DNA from: Deltaproteobacteria bacterium
Lineage (GTDB): Bacteria > Desulfobacterota > Deferrimicrobia > Deferrimicrobiales > Deferrimicrobiaceae
DNA: 64,000 bases
Assembly: GCA_020346465.1 (NCBI GenBank)
Contig: CP070783.1
Span: forward strand, 682,610-746,609
Direction of reading: 5' to 3'
The first letter of the stretch is position 1; each line of letters begins with the position of its first letter. The translations under genes and the position numbers were made by a program. Below are positions 31,278 to 44,254 of this stretch, piece by piece. Under the pieces are notes generated by a model, which was not told the origin of the DNA, made no database searches, and saw only the letters and a list, made by a program, of their open reading frames with translations.

Positions 31278-32908
31278 AGATCGCGCGGATGGCAGCGGTT
31301 GCCCTCGTGCTGGCCCTTGTCGCCGGGTGCTCGAAGGAGAAGGCGGATCCCGGGGGCGCGGGCGCCCCGGGCGCCCCGGCCTACGGGGACGCCATCGTCG
31401 ACGGGAGCATCGGGGACGTCAGCGGGTTCCTCACGGCGGTGACCAGCGACTCCGCCTCCCACGGGGCGGCGAACTACGTCTTCAACGGCCTCGTGCGGTA
31501 CGACAAGGACCTCAAGCTCGAGGGGGAGCTGGCGGAGTCCTGGGAGGTCACGCCCGACGGGAAACGGATCACCTTCCATTTGCGGAAAGGGGTGCGGTGG
31601 CACGACGGAGAACCGTTCACGTCGGACGACGTCCTCTTCACCTACCGGAGGCTGATCGACCCGAACACGCCGACCGCCTACGCGGAGGACTTCCGGCAGG
31701 TGACGCGGGCCAGCAACCCGGACCCGCACACCTTCGTCGTCGAGTACGGGAAGCCGTTCGCCCCCGCGCTTGCCTCGTGGGGGATGCACATCCTCCCGAA
31801 GCACCTGCTCGAGAAGCACCCCGACATCTCCCGCAGCCCCCTGAACAAGAAGCCGGTGGGGACGGGACCGTTCCGGTTCGTGGAGTGGAAGACCGGGGAG
31901 AAGACGGTCTTCGAGGCAAACCCGGACTACTTCGAGGGGAGACCGTACCTCTCCCGCGTCGTCACCCGCGTCATCCCGGATCCGGCCACCATGTTCCTGG
32001 AGCTCAAATCGGGCGGGATCGACATGATGGGGCTTACCCCCCTCCAGTACACCCGGCAGACCGAAACGGAGGAGTTCCGGACGTCGTTCAACAAGTACCG
32101 GTACCTCTCCTTCGGCTACACCTATCTGGGGTTCCGGCTGTCCCACCCCTTCTTCTCGGACAAACGGGTCCGCCAGGCGTTTGCCCACGCGATCAACAAG
32201 AAGGATATCATCGACGGCGTCCTCTTCGGGTTCGGGCAGGAGGCCACGGGGCCCTACAAGCCGGGGACCTGGGTGCACAACCCCGACGTGAGGAGATACC
32301 CCTTCGACCCCGAAAAGGCGAGGGCGCTCCTCGCCGAGGCGGGGTGGACGGACGCGGACGGCGACGGCGTCCTGGAGAAAGGGGGAAGGACGTTCGCATT
32401 CACGGTCCTGACCAACGCCGGGAACGAGAGCCGGGCGAAGACGGCCGCGATCCTCCAGCAGAACCTCGCCGCCGTCGGCGTCCGGATGGAGATCCGGACG
32501 CTGGAGTGGGCAGCATTCATCAACGAGTTCGTCGACAAGCGGAAGTTCGATGCGGTGATCCTCGGCTGGAGCATCACCCAGGACCCCGACCAGTACGACA
32601 TCTGGAGCTCGCAGAAGACGGGACCGAAGGAGCTCAACTTCGTGGGGTTCCGGAACGCCGAGGTGGACCGGCTGCTCGAGGAGGGCCGCCGCACCTTCGA
32701 CATGGAGGGGAGGAAAAAGGCCTACTTCCGCATCCAGGAGATCCTGGCGGAGGAGCAGCCCTACGTCTTTCTCTACTACCCGGATGCGCTTCCCGTCGTG
32801 CACAAGCGCATTCACGGGGTCGAACCGGCCCCCGCGGGGATCTCCTACAACTTCATCAAGTGGTACGTGCCCGAGGCCCAGCAGAGGTACACCACCTTCC
32901 AGAAATAG
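31274..32908 (+). CDS. ABC transporter substrate-binding protein, family 5 (DppA/OppA/NikA-like)
   Basis: 544 aa, lipoprotein-type signal (LVAGCSK), SBP_bac_5-like sequence. Confidence 0.8.
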   Translation: MKIARMAAVALVLALVAGCSKEKADPGGAGAPGAPAYGDAIVDGSIGDVSGFLTAVTSDSASHGAANYVFNGLVRYDKDLKLEGELAESWEVTPDGKRITFHLRKGVRWHDGEPFTSDDVLFTYRRLIDPNTPTAYAEDFRQVTRASNPDPHTFVVEYGKPFAPALASWGMHILPKHLLEKHPDISRSPLNKKPVGTGPFRFVEWKTGEKTVFEANPDYFEGRPYLSRVVTRVIPDPATMFLELKSGGIDMMGLTPLQYTRQTETEEFRTSFNKYRYLSFGYTYLGFRLSHPFFSDKRVRQAFAHAINKKDIIDGVLFGFGQEATGPYKPGTWVHNPDVRRYPFDPEKARALLAEAGWTDADGDGVLEKGGRTFAFTVLTNAGNESRAKTAAILQQNLAAVGVRMEIRTLEWAAFINEFVDKRKFDAVILGWSITQDPDQYDIWSSQKTGPKELNFVGFRNAEVDRLLEEGRRTFDMEGRKKAYFRIQEILAEEQPYVFLYYPDALPVVHKRIHGVEPAPAGISYNFIKWYVPEAQQRYTTFQK

Positions 32909-32915
32909 GGGACGG

Positions 32916-33890
32916 ATGCTCCGCTATATCGCCCGCCGTCTGCTGCTCACGGTCCCGCTCCTGATCGGGATCAGCCTGATCTCCTTCCTCGTCATTCACG
33001 CGGCCCCCGGCGGGCCGGTGGAGATGGCCACGGACCTGAATCCCAAGGTCACGGCGGAGGCGAGGGAGAGGCTCCGCGCCTATTACGGCCTGGACCAGCC
33101 GGTCCACGTCCAGTACGCGCAGTGGCTCGGGCGCATGGCCACCCTCGATTTCGGGCAGAGCTTCTCCCGGGACGGGAGGCAGGTGTCCGAGAAGATCGGC
33201 GAACGGATCCCGGTGACGCTGTCGATCAACGTCCTGTCGATGCTCCTCATCTTCCTGGTCGCGGTTCCCCTCGGCATCTACTCCGCGGTGCGGAAGGACT
33301 CGTGGTTCGACAGGATCTCCACCGTGGCGGTGTTCACGGGGTTCGCCGTGCCCACGTTCTGGTTGGCCCTGCTGCTCATGATCCTGTTCGGCGTGAAGCT
33401 GGGGTGGCTTCCCATCTCGGGACTCGTCTCGCTGGAGTACGACTCCCTCGGCCCGGCGGCGAAGGTCTGGGACCGGACGAGCCACCTCCTTCTGCCGGTG
33501 TTCGTGTCGGCCTTCGGGGGGCTGGCCGGGTTCTCCCGCTACATGCGGTCGAACATGCTGGAGGTGATCCGGCAGGACTACATCGCCACGGCCCGGGCGA
33601 AGGGGCTCCCGGAGCGGAAGGTCGTGTTCCGCCACGCGATGCGCAATGCCCTGCTTCCCTTCATCACCATCCTGGGGCTGTCCGTGCCGGGTCTTCTCGG
33701 GGGGTCGGTCATCTTCGAGTCGATCTTCGCCATCCCGGGGCTCGGGCAGCTCTTCTACCAGGGCGTGATGTCCCGGGACTACCCGCTGATCATGGGGGCG
33801 CTTGTGATCGGGGCCTTCCTGACCCTCATCGGCAACATGCTGGCCGACGTCGGGTACGCCCTGGCCGACCCCCGGATCCGGACGGAGTGA
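32916..33890 (+). CDS. ABC transporter permease (DppB/OppB family)
   Basis: [29 protein letters not shown]-terminus, typical of DppB. Confidence 0.8.
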   Translation: MLRYIARRLLLTVPLLIGISLISFLVIHAAPGGPVEMATDLNPKVTAEARERLRAYYGLDQPVHVQYAQWLGRMATLDFGQSFSRDGRQVSEKIGERIPVTLSINVLSMLLIFLVAVPLGIYSAVRKDSWFDRISTVAVFTGFAVPTFWLALLLMILFGVKLGWLPISGLVSLEYDSLGPAAKVWDRTSHLLLPVFVSAFGGLAGFSRYMRSNMLEVIRQDYIATARAKGLPERKVVFRHAMRNALLPFITILGLSVPGLLGGSVIFESIFAIPGLGQLFYQGVMSRDYPLIMGALVIGAFLTLIGNMLADVGYALADPRIRTE

Positions 33891-33894
33891 CGGG

Positions 33895-34752
33895 ATGGCG
33901 GCAGGGGCGACCTCCATGTTCCGGGATTTCCTCCGGCGGCTCCTCAAGAACCGGCTGGCGGTGGCGGGGGCGGTCGTCGTTTCCTTCCTGTTCGTCGTTG
34001 CGGCGTATCCGTCCGCGTTCGCGCGTCATGACCCGAGCCGGATCGATGTCCGGAAGATCCTCGAGCCCCCTTCCGCGGACCATCCGCTGGGGACCGACGA
34101 GCTGGGCCGGGACGTTCTCTCGCGCATGGTCCACGGGGCCAGGATCTCCATGGAGGTCGGGTTCGTGGCCACGGGGATCGCCACGGCCATCGGGCTCGTC
34201 GTGGGGCTCATCGCCGGGTTCTACGGGAGGTGGGTGGACGGGGTGCTCATGCGGTTCGTCGACATCATGCTCTGTTTCCCCTCCTTCTTCCTGATCCTTG
34301 CCGTCATCGCCTTCCTCGGTCCGTCCATCATCAACATCATGGCCGTCATCGGGCTTACCAGCTGGATGGGGGCGGCCCGGCTCGTCCGGGCCGAGACGCT
34401 CTCCCTGAAGGAGAGGGACTTCGTGTCGGCGGCCAGGGCCCAGGGGGCGGGGAACCTGCGGATCATCTTCCGCCACATCCTCCCCAACGCGCTTGCCCCC
34501 ATCCTCGTATGGGCCACCCTGGGGGTCGCCGGCGCCATCCTCGTGGAGTCGAGCCTCTCCTTCCTGGGCATCGGCGTGCAGCCCCCCACGCCGTCGTGGG
34601 GGAATATCCTCACCGCGGGAAAGGACAACATCGAGTTCGCCTGGTGGCTCTCCGTCTATCCGGGCCTGGCCATCCTGGTCACCGTCCTCGGGTACTATCT
34701 CCTGGGCGAGGGGATCCAGGACGCCGCCGACCCGCGGCTCAAGGGGAGGTGA
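33895..34752 (+). CDS. ABC transporter permease (DppC/OppC family)
   Basis: 285 aa, DppC-like (AARLVRAETLSLKERDFV). Confidence 0.8.
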   Translation: MAAGATSMFRDFLRRLLKNRLAVAGAVVVSFLFVVAAYPSAFARHDPSRIDVRKILEPPSADHPLGTDELGRDVLSRMVHGARISMEVGFVATGIATAIGLVVGLIAGFYGRWVDGVLMRFVDIMLCFPSFFLILAVIAFLGPSIINIMAVIGLTSWMGAARLVRAETLSLKERDFVSAARAQGAGNLRIIFRHILPNALAPILVWATLGVAGAILVESSLSFLGIGVQPPTPSWGNILTAGKDNIEFAWWLSVYPGLAILVTVLGYYLLGEGIQDAADPRLKGR

Positions 34753-34808
34753 GGGATGAACACTCCCGCCGCCATGCGGCAACTTCGAAGCAGTCGGGGA
34801 CCACGCCT

Positions 34809-34936
34809 CGCGGGGGGCTTCCCCTCTGCTACGCTCGCGACCTTGCGCCCGCTCGCTGCCGGTTCCGCTCGCCCGACCAGGGTTCTCGCTCCACAGGCCG
34901 CTTCGTGGAACCCCCCGCATCGGCAAGGGTCCCCCG
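34809..34936. repeat. GC-rich ~125-bp intergenic repeat, copy A (between the second permease and first ATPase genes)
   Basis: About 85-90% identical to 62904-63028. Shares the internal inverted repeat ggttccgc...g(c/t)ggaacc separated by 36 nt in both copies. Confidence 0.55.
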
Positions 34937-34969
34937 GTCACGGGCGGAGCAGCCGCAGGAGGATATCGC

Positions 34970-36011
34970 CGTGAGCGCGGAACTCCTCTCGGTCCGGGAC
35001 CTGACCGTCTCCTTCCGGACGGAGAAGGGGAAGGTGCGCGCCCTGTTCGGGGTCTCTTTCTCCCTGTTCCCCGGCGAGACGCTTGGACTCGTGGGCGAGT
35101 CCGGGTGCGGGAAGACCGTCACGGCACTGTCCATCCTGAAGCTTCTTCCCGCCCCTCCGGCCGAAATCGAGGGGGGGTGCATCCGGTTCCGGGGCAGGGA
35201 TCTCGTTCCGCTCTCCGACAGGGAGATGTGCCAGGTGCGGGGGAAGGAGATCTCCATGATCTTCCAGGAGCCGATGACGTCGCTCAACCCCGTTCTCACC
35301 ATCGGCGACCAGGTCGCCGAGGTGTTCACCGCCCACCGGGCGGGCGGGAAGACGGAGGCCGCCGAACGGGCGGTGCAGTGGCTGCGGCGGGTGAAGATGC
35401 CGGATGCGGAAAGGAGGGCGCGGGAGTACCCGCACCAGATGAGCGGCGGAATGCGGCAGCGGGCGATGATCGCGATGGCGCTCGCCCTCGAGCCGGCGCT
35501 CCTCATCGCCGACGAGCCCACGACGGCGCTCGACGTCACCATCCAGGCGCAGATCCTCTCCCTCATCCGGGAGATGCGCGAACAGCAGGAGATGGCGATC
35601 CTCCTCATCACCCACGACCTCGGGGTGGTCTCGGAGGTCGCCGACCGGGTGGCGATCATGTACCTGGGCCGGATCGTCGAGATCGCAGGGACGGCCGACC
35701 TCTTTGCCGATCCGATACACCCCTACACGGAGGGGTTGCTCCGCTCCCTGCCCGGGAAGAGAGCCGGGGAACGAAGGCTCCCGTCGATCCCGGGGACGGT
35801 GCCGGACCTCGACGCCATCCCCCCGGGGTGTCCCTTCGCGGACCGGTGCCCTTTCCGGCAGGAGGCGCAGGCCCGCTTCGGCGCCGGGGAAACGGAAACG
35901 GACGAACTGGCGGTCTGCGACCGGGTGGATCCCCCCCTCGAGGAGTACGCCCCGGGCCACCGGGCGGCGTGCCACTATCGGAGGAAGGTCCGGAAGGAGG
36001 AGGACGGATGA
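34970..36011 (+). CDS. ABC transporter ATP-binding protein (DppD/OppD family)
   Basis: GTG start with AGGAGG RBS. Walker A GESGCGKT, signature MSGGMRQR, C-terminal oligopeptide-transporter extension. Confidence 0.8.
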
Positions 36012-36979
36012 GCCGGGGAGACGGACCTCTTCTCTCTCTGGAGAACATCTACAAGTTCTTCCCGGTGAGGAAATCGTTCTTCGTCGCCGGGACGCTTCGC
36101 GTGCACGCGGTCGACGGCGTCTCGATCGACGTGCCTGCGGGCAAGACGGTGGGGCTCGTGGGAGAGTCGGGATGCGGGAAGACGACGCTCGGCCGGATGG
36201 CGATCCGCCTGATCCCCCCCGACGCGGGAAGAGTGGTCTTCGAGGGGCGGGACATCACGACGCTCGCCGGCGAGGAACTCCGCCGGATCCGGAGCAAGAT
36301 GCAGATCATCTTCCAGGATCCCTACTCCTCCCTGAACCCCCGGATGCGGGTCCGCGACATCGTGGGGGAGGGGTGGCGGGTCCACGGGATCGCCCGCGGC
36401 GCCGAGGCCCGGGAGATGGCCTGGCGGCTTCTCCGGCGGGTGGGGTTGTCCGCCGATGCCGCCGACAAGTACCCCCACGAGTTTTCGGGGGGGCAGAGAC
36501 AGCGGATCGGGATCGCCCGGGCGATCGCCCTCTCCCCCCGGCTCGTCGTGGCCGACGAGCCGGTGTCGGCCCTGGACGTCTCCGTGCAGGCGCAGATTCT
36601 GAACCTTCTCCGCGACATCCAGGAGGAGTACGGGATGGCCTACCTGTTCGTCTCCCACGACCTGCGGGTGATCCGCCACGTGAGCGACACCGTGGCCGTG
36701 ATGTATCTGGGGAAGCTGATGGAAGTCTCCCCGGCCGAAGACCTGTTCCGGGAGCCGATCCACCCCTACTCGCGCAGCCTCCTCTCGGCGGTGCCGATGC
36801 CCGGAGGCGCGCTGCGGGAAAAGATCGTCCTTTCGGGGGAGATCCCGAGCCCGATTCACATCCCCCCCGGGTGCCGGTTCCACACCCGCTGCTTCATGGC
36901 GCAGAGGATGTGCGGGGAGGTCTCTCCCCTCCTGCGGGAGTGCGCCCCGGGGCGCTACGCGGCCTGCCACTTCGTGTAG
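36007..36979 (+). CDS. ABC transporter ATP-binding protein (DppF/OppF family)
   Basis: GESGCGKTT, FSGGQRQR, VADEPVSALD. ATGA overlap with the upstream gene. Confidence 0.8.
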
Positions 36980-37022
36980 GCGGACCCACCTTCCCGGAGC
37001 CTTCCCGGTCCGGGGGCACCGG

Positions 37023-38924
37023 TCAGGCGAACGAACGTTTCCGGGCCACGCCCACGAAGTTGTGGCGGCAGTAGGGGCAGAATTTCCAGTGGGGGGAGAT
37101 CATCTTCCGGCACGACGGGCAGCTTGAGACGAGGGAGTGGCCGCACCCCGGGCAGACCACGAAGTCGGCCCCGAGGGACACGCCGCACTTCGGGCAGCCG
37201 GCGCCGAACTCCTGCTCCGTTTCCACGACCCGGTACAGCTCCGCGAGCGTCGTCACCCCGTCCTTCACCTTGGCAAGGGCCGCCTGGCCGAGCGTCACCA
37301 TCCCCTTGGCGACGGCGAGCTGGCGGATGTCGGTCTCGGAACCGTTTCCCATCACGAGATCGCGCATCTGCTGGTGGAACGGCAGGATCTCGAAGATCCC
37401 TGTCCTCCCGCGGTATCCCGTCCCCCCGCACGCCTGGCACCCCTGCCCCTGGAAGAATGCGATCTCCCCGTTGTTCGACTTTGCGAGGCCGATCCGCGCG
37501 AGATCCCGTTCGGACGGCTGGACCTTGACGCGGCACTTCGGGCAGATGACCCGGACCAGCCGCTGGGCCACGATGGCGATCAGGGTGGAGGCGATGAGGT
37601 AGGAAGGGACCCCGAGGTTGCGCAGCCGGGTGATGGTCGCCGCCGAGCTGTTGGTGTGGATCGTCGAGAGGACCAGGTGGCCGGTCAGCGCCGCCTGCAT
37701 CGCGATCGTGGTCGTGTCGAGGTCGCGCATCTCCCCCAGCATGATGACGTCGGGGTCCTGCCGGAGCATCGCGCGCAGGGTCGACGCGAAAGAGAGCCCG
37801 ATCTTCTCCTGGACCGCCACCTGGTTGATTCCGGCGATCTCGTATTCGATGGGGTCCTCGATCGTCGTGATGTTCCGCTCCAGGGACTTGATCTTGTTGA
37901 GCCCCGCATACAGCGTGGTCGTCTTGCCGGAGCCGGTCGGACCGGTGACGAGAAGGATCCCCTGCGGCCGGCGGATCAGCTCCTCCAGCATCTGGAGTTC
38001 GGCCTCGCTCATCCCCATCGACTCGAGGGGGATGTGGGAATTGGCCGAGTCGAGGATCCGGATGACCACCTTTTCCCCGAACGAGGCGGGCATCGTGGAG
38101 ACGCGCAGGTCGAGCGACTTTCCCCCCACGCGGACCCCGATCCGGCCGTCCTGGGGAAGCCGTTTCTCCGCGATGTCCATCTTGGCCATGATCTTGATCC
38201 GCGAGATGACCGCGCCCTGCACCCACTTGGGGAGCTCGAGGGACTTCCGGAGGACGCCGTCGACCCGGTTTCGGACCAGCATGGTCGTCTTGGAGGGCTC
38301 CACGTGGATGTCCGAGGCCCCCTGGTCGACCGCCTCCGCGATGAAGAGGTTCACCATCCGGACGATGGGGGCCGCCTCGCTCTTCTTCCGGAGGTCCTCG
38401 CTGTCCCTCCTGTCCCCCTCCCTCGTGTCCTGCACGACCTCGACCAGACGCTCCTCGGCGATGTCCTTGACGATGGTGTCCAGGGAGGACCCCAGGTTGT
38501 AGTGCTGGTCGATCGCCCAGAGAATGCTCGAAGGGGTGGCGATGGAGGTCTTGATGGTGAAGCCGGAGGCGAACCGGACATCCTCGAACGCCTCGAAGCT
38601 CAAGGGGTCGGCCATGGCGATGTGGAGGTCCCGGTCCTCGAGCGAGACCGGCACGATCCGGTGCTTCCGGGCGACCTTCTCGGGGATCAGCTCGATCGCC
38701 TGCGGCTCGACGGGCGTGTTCACCAGGTCGATCAGGGGGATCCCGAGCTGGAGAGAGATGGCCTGGGCGATCTCGTCCTCGGTGGCCATCCCCAGGGAAA
38801 CGATGGTTTCCCCCAGCTTTCCGCGGCGCGTTCGCTGCGTGGACAGGGCGCGGGTCAGCTCCTCCTCGGACAGGAGTCCGGTCTCCACCAGCATTTCGCC
38901 GATCCGCTTCCTTCCCGATGCCAC
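37023..38924 (-). CDS. GspE/PilB-family secretion ATPase with N-terminal tandem MshEN (c-di-GMP-binding) motifs and C-terminal double zinc-ribbon extension
   Basis: 633 aa. Two 24-residue motifs RIGEMLVETGLLSEEELTRALSTQ and KLGETIVSLGMATEDEIAQAISLQ. Walker A GPTGSGKTT. GspE tetracysteine CPKC...CQAC. Extra C-terminal CPKCG..CPGCG..CPSCR..CPYCR. Confidence 0.8.
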   Translation of the reverse strand: MASGRKRIGEMLVETGLLSEEELTRALSTQRTRRGKLGETIVSLGMATEDEIAQAISLQLGIPLIDLVNTPVEPQAIELIPEKVARKHRIVPVSLEDRDLHIAMADPLSFEAFEDVRFASGFTIKTSIATPSSILWAIDQHYNLGSSLDTIVKDIAEERLVEVVQDTREGDRRDSEDLRKKSEAAPIVRMVNLFIAEAVDQGASDIHVEPSKTTMLVRNRVDGVLRKSLELPKWVQGAVISRIKIMAKMDIAEKRLPQDGRIGVRVGGKSLDLRVSTMPASFGEKVVIRILDSANSHIPLESMGMSEAELQMLEELIRRPQGILLVTGPTGSGKTTTLYAGLNKIKSLERNITTIEDPIEYEIAGINQVAVQEKIGLSFASTLRAMLRQDPDVIMLGEMRDLDTTTIAMQAALTGHLVLSTIHTNSSAATITRLRNLGVPSYLIASTLIAIVAQRLVRVICPKCRVKVQPSERDLARIGLAKSNNGEIAFFQGQGCQACGGTGYRGRTGIFEILPFHQQMRDLVMGNGSETDIRQLAVAKGMVTLGQAALAKVKDGVTTLAELYRVVETEQEFGAGCPKCGVSLGADFVVCPGCGHSLVSSCPSCRKMISPHWKFCPYCRHNFVGVARKRSFA

Positions 38925-39046
38925 GGTTCTCCTCCCGGGGAACTAACGGCACGTCATGGTGGTCTATATCGGAAGAACGGGCGGAAACTTGCGTGTGAAA
39001 CCGTGTTGGTGCTCCGGCATCAATATGTTGTGGGAGGGTAAAGGAA

Positions 39047-39229
39047 ATGGTGCGAAGACACGGAAATCGATGCCCCCGGTGCAACGGGGCGATGGTATAC
39101 GAGCGGTTCCAGGACATGCTGGACCTCTTCTACGCCTGGAGGTGCCTCAACTGCGGAGAGATCGTGGATCCGGTGGTGGCGCGGAACCGGGAGCCGGAGA
39201 GAAACCGCAAGAAAAGGGCCGTTGGCTAA
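39047..39229 (+). CDS. Small zinc-ribbon protein (hypothetical)
   Basis: 60 aa with CPRC...CLNCG. GGAGGG-like RBS. Divergent from the ATPase gene. Confidence 0.45.
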   Translation: MVRRHGNRCPRCNGAMVYERFQDMLDLFYAWRCLNCGEIVDPVVARNREPERNRKKRAVG

Positions 39230-39346
39230 AATACTGATTGAATATCAGGAAGTTGCAAATCACCAGCCCGGTCTTTTCGTTGACAGGTCTCCCTGATTTG
39301 TGGTACCGTACCCCCGATCAATCAGACATATGGGGCAGGGGGAAGG

Positions 39347-40243
39347 GTGCGAGACCGTTTCACGTTTTCCATCCAGGTCGGGGCCGGTCCGCGATCCCGG
39401 GAGTTCCGGATCGGGCGGACGGGCCTCGTTCTGACCGTCGGGATGCTCGCCTTCTTTTTCGTTCTGGGGACGCACTTTATCTACGATTACAGGGAGAATT
39501 TCTCGAAAACGAGGGAACTCCAGTCCCTTCGGCACCGAGTTAGCGAGCAGAACCTGACGCTCTACAACCTCTATGCGAAATTCGAGAGCCTGGAGACCGA
39601 GGTCGAGCGGATCCGCACGCTCGACGCCCGGGCCCGGTCGCTCATCCACATCAACGAGGAACTGGCTCCGGGCGGGAAGAAAGGCAGGCCGGGAGAGGGG
39701 ATCGGGGGGGCGGAGACGCCCGAGCCCACCGCGGCGGACCGGCTGGACACCCTCCTCGACCTCCGGTACGACCGGCTCAAGGAAAGCCTCCTGGTGGAAG
39801 GGAAGAACCTCGAGGTCCTCTGCGAGAAGCTCGACGCCCGCAGGACCTACCTGGAGAGCCTGCCCTCCCTGTGGCCGGCGCGGGGTCTGGTCGCGTCGGG
39901 GTTCGGCGTCCGGCTCTCCCCCTTTACCGACACCAAGGTCTTTCATCGCGGGCTGGATATCGTTGCCACGAAGGAGAGCCCCGCGAGGGCGGCGGCGGGG
40001 GGAAGGGTGGTCCGGTCCGGGTTCGAGTCGCTGTACGGCAACCTCGTCGTGATCGACCACGGGAACGGCTATCGCACGGTCTACGCCCACCTGGCGGAGA
40101 AGGCGGTCGCTGAGGGCGACACCGTGCAGAGGGGGGATGTGATCGGCAAGGTGGGGGAGACGGGGAGGACGACCGGCCCGCATCTCCACTACGAGGTCCA
40201 CGTGAACGGCCTTCCCGTGAACCCGATCCGCTTCCTCAACTGA
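39347..40243 (+). CDS. M23-family metallo-endopeptidase (murein hydrolase-like)
   Basis: N-terminal TM segment, coiled-coil region, C-terminal LytM domain (HRGLD...HLHYEV). GTG start with G-rich RBS. Confidence 0.8.
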   Translation: MRDRFTFSIQVGAGPRSREFRIGRTGLVLTVGMLAFFFVLGTHFIYDYRENFSKTRELQSLRHRVSEQNLTLYNLYAKFESLETEVERIRTLDARARSLIHINEELAPGGKKGRPGEGIGGAETPEPTAADRLDTLLDLRYDRLKESLLVEGKNLEVLCEKLDARRTYLESLPSLWPARGLVASGFGVRLSPFTDTKVFHRGLDIVATKESPARAAAGGRVVRSGFESLYGNLVVIDHGNGYRTVYAHLAEKAVAEGDTVQRGDVIGKVGETGRTTGPHLHYEVHVNGLPVNPIRFLN

Positions 40244-40275
40244 CAGGGATAGGGCGCGGCCGCCAACCGCTCCCG

Positions 40276-40306
40276 CGGCGTTAAGCCCGCCGGGGCGTTT
40301 TTTTTT
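40276..40306 (+). terminator. Putative Rho-independent terminator
   Basis: Short GC hairpins (cggcg/cgccg and gccc/gggc) followed by a T9 run. Confidence 0.45.
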
Positions 40307-40340
40307 CGGGGAGCCGTGGGCCCGCAGAAGGATCGCTTCG

Positions 40341-42881
<2,541 letters not shown>

Positions 42882-42885
42882 CGGG

Positions 42886-44085
42886 ATGCGCCTGCCGGTA
42901 CAGGTGGCCGTTCCCGGCTTCCGGGGGGGCGGCGTCTGGTGCGGAATCAAGAAGGGCGCGGCCCCCGACCTGGCGATCGTCCTGAGCGACAGGCCGTGCA
43001 CGTCCGACGTTCTGTTCACGCGGAACCGGGTGGCGGCGGCGCCGGTCGAGTGGGGAAGGGGGCTCCGGCCCCGGACCCGGTCGTCCCTGCGCGGCGTGGT
43101 CGCCAACAGCGGGAACGCCAACGCCTGCACGGGCAGGGAGGGGCTGGCGGCGGTCCGGAGGGTGTCCGCGGAAGCGTGCCGGGCGCTCGGGCTCCCCGAC
43201 GAATCCCTTCTCGTTTCCTCCACGGGGGTGATCGGGGTGCCCCTCCCCGCGGACAGGATCCTGGCGGCGGTCCGGGGGCTGTGCGCCTCGCTCTCGGCCG
43301 CGGGGATCCCCCGGGCGGGGGAGGCGATCCTCACGACCGACGCGTACCCGAAGCGTTGCGTGCGGAAGGTCCGGGTCCGCGGCGGGACCGTCACCCTGGG
43401 GGGCATCGCGAAGGGGGCCGGCATGATCGCCCCCGGCATGGGGACGATGCTCGCCTACGTGTTCACGGATGCCGCCGTCCGGGCGCCCGACCTCCGGAAG
43501 ACCTTCCGGGAGGCCGTGGCCCTGTCGTTCCACCGGATCGTGGTGGACGGCGACATGAGCACGAACGACACGGCGGCGATTTTCGCCAACGGCGCAAGCG
43601 GGCTCCCTCCGCTCGGGGGAAAGGGGCTCTCCGCCTTCGGGGACGCGCTGCGGGAGCTCCTGCTCGATCTGGCGCTGATGATCGTCCGCGACGGGGAGGG
43701 GGCGACGCGCGTCGTGCGGATCGCGGTGACGGGGGCAAGGAGCGACCGCGACGCCGAGGCGGCGGCCCGCGCCGTGGCGACCTCCCCGCTGGTCAAGACC
43801 GCGGTCTTCGGGGCGAACCTGAACTGGGGCCGCGTGATCGCCGCCGTCGGGCGCGCCGGGATCGAGATGGACCCGGAGCGGGCCGAGGTCCGCTACGCGG
43901 GAGAGAGGGTCCTGCGGCGGGGGATGATGATCGACCGGCAGGCGGAGCGCCGGGCCGTCCCGAAGATCCGGAGGAAGTCGTACGGCATCGACGTGGACCT
44001 GGGGGTGGGGAAGGGCCGCTCGTTCGTCTACTTCTCGGATCTGGGGCACGAATACATCCGGATCAACGCCGGATACCGGACGTGA
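42886..44085 (+). CDS. argJ: Bifunctional glutamate N-acetyltransferase / amino-acid acetyltransferase
   Basis: 399 aa, ArgJ family (autocatalytic site ...GMIAPGMGTMLAY..). Confidence 0.85.
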   Translation: MRLPVQVAVPGFRGGGVWCGIKKGAAPDLAIVLSDRPCTSDVLFTRNRVAAAPVEWGRGLRPRTRSSLRGVVANSGNANACTGREGLAAVRRVSAEACRALGLPDESLLVSSTGVIGVPLPADRILAAVRGLCASLSAAGIPRAGEAILTTDAYPKRCVRKVRVRGGTVTLGGIAKGAGMIAPGMGTMLAYVFTDAAVRAPDLRKTFREAVALSFHRIVVDGDMSTNDTAAIFANGASGLPPLGGKGLSAFGDALRELLLDLALMIVRDGEGATRVVRIAVTGARSDRDAEAAARAVATSPLVKTAVFGANLNWGRVIAAVGRAGIEMDPERAEVRYAGERVLRRGMMIDRQAERRAVPKIRRKSYGIDVDLGVGKGRSFVYFSDLGHEYIRINAGYRT

Positions 44086-44254
44086 TCGTCCTTTATCGCT
44101 TGAGAATCTCGAGTCATTCGTGATACATATATCTGCTTAGCCGTTCATCTCCCACGGGCGGGACTCTCCCCGGGGTGCCCCGGATCGACCGGGGTGGATG
44201 GGGAGGGGGGGAACGCCCGGAGGAACAACCCCGAAGCGAGGAGGGCACAGAGAC

